Assembly: GCA_907165135.1 (NCBI GenBank)
Contig: OU015568.1
Span: forward strand, 12,710,001-12,774,000
Length of the DNA: 64,000 bases
Direction: 5' to 3'
Origin: Oikopleura dioica
Taxonomy: Eukaryota > Animalia > Chordata
Every line of letters starts with the position of its first letter. Position 1 is the first letter of the stretch. The translations under genes and the position numbers were made by a program. Under the pieces are notes generated by a model, which had not been told where the DNA came from, did no database searches, and saw nothing but the letters and a program-made list of their open reading frames with translations. Positions 57,764-64,000 of this stretch are shown piece after piece.

Positions 57764-60401
57764 TTATTCTTCATCATCTTCGTCATCGTCGGCAGCGTGA
57801 AGGAAGCTCGGGTCGTAGGCAGCAGGTGTTTTTGGGTCAAGGTAGACAAGGCGATCCGCAGCGTCTTCAATAGACTGCGAAGATGTTGAGCAAACTTCTG
57901 TGATCGTGAAGTCCTGAAAAGTGCGCTTACATCTTTGAACAGAAAATTATAAATACCTTCATGTGCTCCTCTTGGTACTTCTTCTTCTCTTCTGGCCCGA
58001 TCGAGTTAATCCACTCGAGAACTTGCTGCTTGTAGTCATCTTTTCGTCGCTCATAGTCGAGAGTCGCCTGAGCACTTCTCTTCTTGTCCTTTTTGAAAGC
58101 CTGGAAATCTTCTTTGAGGTTTTCGACGAGGCCAGTCTCCAAGTATTCAGCCTATAAGGTCGTGAGACGAAGAAAACCAATATGTTCAACCTTGAATACT
58201 TCATAGATAGATTTTGGCTTAGCAGGATGACCATCCCCACCAAACTCCTTGTCCATCTTCTTCTGGAATGCCGATCGTTGACCTTTCTTCGACCTCTCTT
58301 TCTTCCCTGATGATTTGGTGGAAGTCTTTGCCTCTTCTTTCTGAATCTCTTGCTTTTTGCTTGCAACAACTCGCTCGAGAATGCTCTTCATAAATTTCGC
58401 ATCAACACCTTCCTCGTTAGCCTTCTTCCATGCTTTCTGAAGCCGTTTTTCGCTCAGTTTTCGTCGATTTCCAACAAATCTAAAACACAATTAATATCAT
58501 CGTCCCTGCAATAGTAGGTATCGATTGATTTCTTACTTGATTCCGGCTTCTTCGAGGTGAAATCCTTTGACCTTCTCGTAGACAGTTTGCTCGCTCAAAA
58601 TTGTAAGCGCATCATCAGGAGAATCGGATATCTTTTTCAAGATATCCTGGCAGAATTCAAGGTCGTCCTTCGAAATTTTACCACCTTCACAAAGCTGAGA
58701 AAAGGTTAAGAGACCACGGATTTAAAAATTTCTTACTCTTTGGTTTTCGTAGTAGACTTCCTTCTGGAACTCGTTCAAGCTCTCAATCCATTCGTTCAGC
58801 CTTTCGGGGAAGTTCTCCAACTCTTCCTTGTGTCGGACACGGAGTTTCTCGAACCGGGATTCTTTTTCTTTCAATTGTTTATAGGCGTCTTCGATTTCTT
58901 CCTTCGTAGGATTCTCGTCGAGCTTTTTCTTCACATAATCCAAGCAGTAAGCACGGAAAGAGGGAGATGGTGCCTTTGGTTGAGATTCGACCCATGCCGG
59001 TGCTTTTCCTCGATTATCTATCCAGATCGCTCGGTCGTACATCGCCTGGTGCTCTTCCTCCAGCTCGTCGTACCATTTCTTCATTTCTTGCTCATACGCT
59101 TCAGAGAGTTTCTCGAGCTTCTTCTCTCTCTTCTGCTTCTCCTTCTCGGACAAGCCTTCAATGTAAGCAGTCAATGCCTTTGACTGTATCGCGAACTTTT
59201 CAGCTTGATTCGACGCGCTTTCGAATTCCGCTTGCTTCTTAGTTTTCTTGAGCGCTTTTTCCATCTCTTCTTTTTGAATAAAAGTGCGGAGAGAACCTGG
59301 CGGCTTCTCTGGCATTCCAGGGAAGATTTTAGATACTTTCTGCTTCGTCGATTCGATTCGGGGACGTTTCTCCATAAAAGCGCTGCGATCTTCCTCTGGA
59401 AGCGATTGGAGGAATTCTTCGTACTCTCGCGCGTATCGTTTCGCGTCTTTTGAAGTCAGGATGATGTACTTAGACTTTTCATCGTCAGTGAGCTTTTTGT
59501 ACTCAGTACGAGCCTCTGTGTATGTCTTGAAACCTTTTGAAGGGATCAACGAGAACTCCCGGTGAAAAAAATAAGTGACTTGAATTCAACTAAATGAATT
59601 TCAAGCAAGTAAGTTTATCTATCCCTCTCCTTTATCTTCCTGGAAACAGTGAATAGGTCCTTTTGGCTTCGCAGGAGCATTCTTCAAACTCTCAGCTCGT
59701 CGCTTCCTAATAACCTTGGAATCATCCAATGATGTTTCCTTCAGTCGTTCTTTCAGAGAGTTGATTTCATCGTCTTTCTCCGCAAGAAGCCGCTCTGTTT
59801 CCTTCAATTTTTCGGTCAGATCCTCCAGCATCGCTGGTGTTTTATCGGAAGTTGCCTAAAGTAACTTATAAGAGAGGGAGGAAGAATGACTCTGGCACCA
59901 TTTTGAGCTTCTTTTCCAGCTCGGAAATTTTCTTTTCTTTTGAGACAATAGTAGCCTCGAGCTCTTTGATCTTTTCTGAATTGTCGGATGCTTCGCCGGT
60001 TGATTTCGACTGCTCCGAAAGAACAGCTTTTTGATAAAACGCTATCTGTTCAGTTTGCGTGAGCTTCTTGTCGAATCGTTTTCCAGCCTTTTCAACAGCT
60101 TCTTCGAAACTCAACCCCTCTTCGACGGAAGGTGTGATTGTGTAGAGAGCAGACGAAGATCGGACGTACTCGTCGCGAGCTTTTTTAATCGCAGCTCTAT
60201 AAATGATTGTAAGACGGAGGTGAAATCTGTGCAGACTTACTCATCCTCTTGGAACTTGATGATCACGTCTTGCTGATCTTCCTTGAATTTGTTCAGCACC
60301 TTGGCTTGCTTTTTAGCTTTGAGCTCGGAAAGGTTCGGAATGCCGAGCTTTTCCGAAGCGTACTCTTCTGGCGACAGCCCGATTTGACTGTAATCATCCA
60401 T
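57764..60401 (-). CDS. Multi-HMG-box protein, UBF-like, with acidic C-terminus
   Basis: Several HMG-box-like units (APAKPKGPIHCF..YKKLTDDEKSKY..DAKRYAREYEEF; PEKPPGSLRTF; HPAKPKSIYEVF), ending DDDEDDEE. Confidence 0.65.
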
Positions 60402-60559
60402 TCTAAATTACCCATAAAAGATATTGTAGACTCATATTTCTGACAATAAGGATGAATATTTCGGAATTTAGAAAATAACGCTAAGAAATTTCCCGAAATA
60501 TCTGAGAAAATGGAGAAATCTCCCGCTTGAGCTTGAAAATTCCTCTTTTCGAAAAAGAA

Positions 60560-60680
60560 AATTGCGCGCGCACAGCTGCGCGCAAAGCGTGATAAATTCG
60601 CGCACCCGTGATTCATTCTTTCGAAACGCGTGGGCTGGATGAACGACCAACCAGGCAACTTGGCGCGCGCTCAGTGGCGC
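60560..60680. promoter_or_regulatory. Putative bidirectional promoter between the UBF-like and NUP153-like genes
   Basis: GC/CpG-rich patch (GCGCGC runs, TTGGCGCG) in the ~400-bp gap between divergent start codons. Confidence 0.35.
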
Positions 60681-60807
60681 ATTCAGTCCATTTACTCCTC
60701 CCTCGAGAGAAGCTCCGTAGTAACAAGAGCTCGGGCCCACAAATTCCAAAAGCCGAAAGAGACGAAAACCCAAGAAGAAAAAGTCAGTAATTTCGGCGGA
60801 ATTCAAA

Positions 60808-63800
60808 ATGGCCACGCCGAGCAGGGACCCGAGCAGAGAAAGTTTAAAGAAAGATGAGGAAGATTCAGTCCCGTCGGAGGAGAGGAGCCTCACTGATTTG
60901 AAATTCAAGATTAAGCCCTTCGAAAGAAAGGTAAAATAATTTGAAAATATTGTTCATCCATTAATCAATTAATTAATTTAGCGTCCCATTTTCAACCCAG
61001 AAATAATGGGAATAAAAAAGAAGCGAACGGGGCCACTCACTCCCATCCGGTCCAGTTCCAATTCAAATATCCAAAAAGGCCTTGGCGAAGGAACCTCCAA
61101 ATCGTTTCTTTGGTCGACCTCTTCCTCGAAGAAAGATGTGAATAAAGAAGCGGATAGTAAAGAAGAAGAAGGTTCCTCAGAAAAATCGCCGAAGAGAAAT
61201 ATCCTCAAGGGCGTGGAACGATACATGGGCTGCTTGAGCACGAGAATCAAAAAAGGCCTCTACGGTGGACCGTCTGGCCCGTGGAAGAAACAGTCAAGAC
61301 ATGTGATTCCGACGAAAATTGTGAAGGAAGAATTCGAGACGATGCAAACGCCGGAAGCCAGGGAAATCATGGATACGCTGCGGCGATTGACAAGACCCAT
61401 CAGAAAAGGTAAAACAGATTAAACTCGAACGAAAATCTAGTCAAATTCTTTCAGGTGATGGATGGATGTCCATGAGAGAGGCAGAAAGTGCTCCTCTGCC
61501 AAAACCAGGCACGAAGCATGGACCACCTGTGAGTTGGACGGCCAGGGATCGCTGGAACAAGCAGAAGGTAAAACGAAAGTCCGAATTTTATCCTAATTAT
61601 TATTCTATCTCTAGGTTGGCATCACAAATATGGACCAGCTGCGAGAGAAAGCTGCCGAAACACCGTCAACAATGTCCCTTCCTTCAAGCTCCAGTGGTGG
61701 TGGAGGAAAAGTCCGAGCAGCGAAAATGTCTCGCCAACGAGAACCTCGAGCCCAGCCTCCTTCCGAAACAATTGAGTCTGAAAGCTACAGTTTGGATAGT
61801 GTACCCAAACTCACTGTTGATCCATCTCGCTTCCCTAAGTATGAGAATTTTTTTGGCAAGAATCTTACAGTTATTTTTAGACCGGTGCATTGCTCGACTC
61901 CAAATCACAACGCCCCGAAGAAGTCTTTCTCCAGGGGCAATTTGGATGTTTCGAGGGAGCTCAAATACGACGAGCCATCGTCGAGTGTGTCCAAGTCGCA
62001 GCCCTGGAAGGTGAGTTTCTAGATAAATTTCTTAATAGGGCTTCTAGTTGAAAATTCATTTCAAGAAGTGAGACTTGTGAAATTCAATTGAGCAAGACTC
62101 TTCTAACATTTCAACTTGGCACTTAAGGATATAAGCTATGTATTTAAACTTTCGTAGCGCCTAAGTGCGAAGTAGGATCATTTTCATTTCAAAAGAAATC
62201 CTACCTAAAAATGCACGCAAAACTCAAATCTAGTACTTTTAAAAAAAAATTTATATAAAATTTTCTTTTTAGAGCGTTTTGAAATCTTACGATCGCGATT
62301 CCTCGAAATTTTTCCATTGAATCGCTAAAACTAAACCGTATGTTTTATTTCGATGATGTTGTGCTAGAAAATTGACGGGCTTTTATTTCAAAACTTTCTC
62401 GAATTTTCATTCTAGCGTTTTCCTCTTTCCTGCTCGTGTTTTTCTTCTTTTTGTGCTTTTTCGCCTGCAACCAATCAAAGCGCTCGGCTCAACCGCGCCA
62501 CTCTCACGGAAAAGAGGAGTCGAGAGAGCGAGCGCCTAACGCGCCACTTTTTACACTATTCACGCGCTGGGTAAGCCTCATGGAAATGGCTCTAAAATCG
62601 GTTTCGGTCGGAATAAGGGAAAACTGATCCGTCAAATTTGTAGATAAGGGTTAAGAAAAGTTATTTATCGAAAAAACTCGACCGATAAAGTTGAAAAATT
62701 TCGAGGAATCGCCATCGTAAGATTTGAAACCGCTCTAAAAAGAAAATTTTCTATAAAAATTTTTTTAAAAGTACCAGATTTGAGTTTTACGTGCATTTTT
62801 AGGTAGGATTGCTCTGGAAATGAAAATGATCCTCCTTCGCATTTAGGCGCTACGAAAGTTTAAATACATAGCTTATATCCTTAAAAATAGAAATGAGTTG
62901 GATATTTCCAATAAAAGATGATAACGAGAGATCTATTCAGTCCCGGCCCTCGAAGATCCCAACCGCGCCAAAGGAGTACATCACTCCTGTTGATCACAGC
63001 AAGCCGATCCTCTTCTCCTGCCCTAACTACAAAGAATCATCAAGCTCTGGCTCTCCGGAAAGCAAATCGGTTGATTCCCAAGTTTCGTTCTCCTTCAGCC
63101 AGCCGAAAAAATTAAATAAACTTCGTCTCGGCGGGTCAAGCCAGAAGAAGAGCGACACAGGAAAAGTGAATGTCAAGGGCTACTATGAACAGAAGAAAAA
63201 GGTGAGAAAACAGAGTGACAAAATTTCGCGAACTATTTCAACAAGTGATAACTTTTTTTATTTCTAGTTTATGGAAAGCCAGCCCAAAAAGGTCGAAAGC
63301 AAGAAGGTTGAGCTCAAGGAAAAGACGCTCCCCAAGATTGAATCGGAGAAGAAGGAAGAGAAAGCGAAGCCAGCAGAGGTAAAGCAGAGAGACTAATCCT
63401 ATTATATATAAGATGAAATAACATGTTCTCAAGCTATTTTATATGCAAACTGTTTTTATTGATAACATTTATTTAGTCGACACTTCCACCTGCAGCAGGA
63501 GGTTTTGGCGACTTTATGGCAAAACAAAAGGAAGCGTCGCAAGGAAAGTGGACATGTGATATTTGCATGGTTTCGAATACCGCAGACCTCAAGAAATGCT
63601 CCGCTTGCGAGACTCCAAATCCCAAAGCAGCTGGCGAAAAGGTACTTTCTCAAGTCTAATTTTCAAGATTTTATTTATTTCTAGCCTGCCGAGACTGCAA
63701 CTCCGATCCCTCCCCCAGTTGCTGGTGGTTTCGCTGATTTCATGTCGAAGCAGAAGAGTCAAAGTGGCGGCAAGTGGTCCTGCGACGTCTGTATGGTCTC

Positions 63801-64000
63801 CAACGCAGCTGATCTGGCCAAATGCTCGGCATGCGAGACTCCCAACCCGAAAGCACCGGCTGGTGCCTCCAGTGCCGCTCCAGCAGCCGCAGCTCCAAAG
63901 TTCTCGTTCGGAACTTCGTCTGCAACACCAGCTACAGACGCTCCAAAGCCTTCATTTACCTTCGGCGCTGCCAAAACAGAGGAGAAGAAAGAGGATAAGG
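60808..64000 (+). CDS. NUP153: NUP153-like nucleoporin (runs off the window end)
   Basis: N-terminal LYGG..TPEAREIMDTLRRLTRP, two RanBP2-type zinc fingers (WTCDICMVSNTADLKKCSACETPNP; WSCDVCMVSNAADLAKCSACETPNP), FxFG repeats (KFSFG, SFTFG). Confidence 0.75.
62127..62880. mobile_element. 754-bp MITE with TTAA TSD and GG- termini (Kolobok-like) in a NUP153 intron
   Basis: ~190-bp imperfect TIRs starting GGATATAAGCTATGTATTTAAACTTTCGTAGCGCCTAA. TTAA at 62123-62126 and 62881-62884. Confidence 0.85.

Noticed and set aside
1-64000. Many short ORFs in the six-frame track (e.g. 584-889, 1819-2016, 24937-25284, 44001-44276, 54383-54787, 58740-59183)
   Set aside because: They are antisense or alternate-frame shadows of the real spliced genes and show no independent motifs.
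1-64000. CRISPR arrays, rRNA, tRNA and autonomous transposase genes
   Set aside because: No repeat-spacer arrays, rRNA motifs, cloverleafs or DDE/hAT transposase ORFs were seen. The TIR elements are all non-coding.

Overview
Gene-dense eukaryotic genomic DNA with many ~40-50 nt spliceosomal introns, short intergenic gaps, some non-canonical (GC-AG, GA-AG) introns and TTTCAG-type acceptors just upstream of start codons. This architecture resembles the larvacean tunicate Oikopleura dioica (inference, not tested). Recognisable genes: a ppGalNAc-transferase (GALNT, truncated at the left edge), alpha-catenin, KCTD5-like, a tetraspanin, a WD40 (WDR53-like) protein, BRAP, an ankyrin+MYND protein, C6orf136-like, an HSD17B12-like SDR, MCU, a Tudor protein, a 3'-truncated csgA/C-factor-like SDR, RGS22-like, a multi-HMG-box UBF-like protein and NUP153-like (truncated at the right edge). 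Eight non-autonomous TIR elements could be delimited with their target-site duplications: five hAT-type (one nested, one miniature), two copies of a family with 3-bp TSDs, and one TTAA/Kolobok-like. Two features stand out. (1) Four of the seven independent TIR insertions sit inside coding exons within 8-24 kb, and each has candidate splice sites that would restore the frame; for BRAP this restores exactly the original protein via GT-AG. This suggests introner-like intron gain. (2) A tandem cluster at 14.7-21.1 kb encodes unusual modular proteins: an alpha-crystallin/HSP20 domain fused to homeodomains, a shared MADS/SRF-like N-terminal module and a pipsqueak/CENP-B HTH. A co-oriented block of orphan genes (37.9-50.4 kb) follows the abrupt truncation of the csgA-like SDR. 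All domain calls come from motif recognition by eye. No database searches were run and multi-exon coordinates are approximate.
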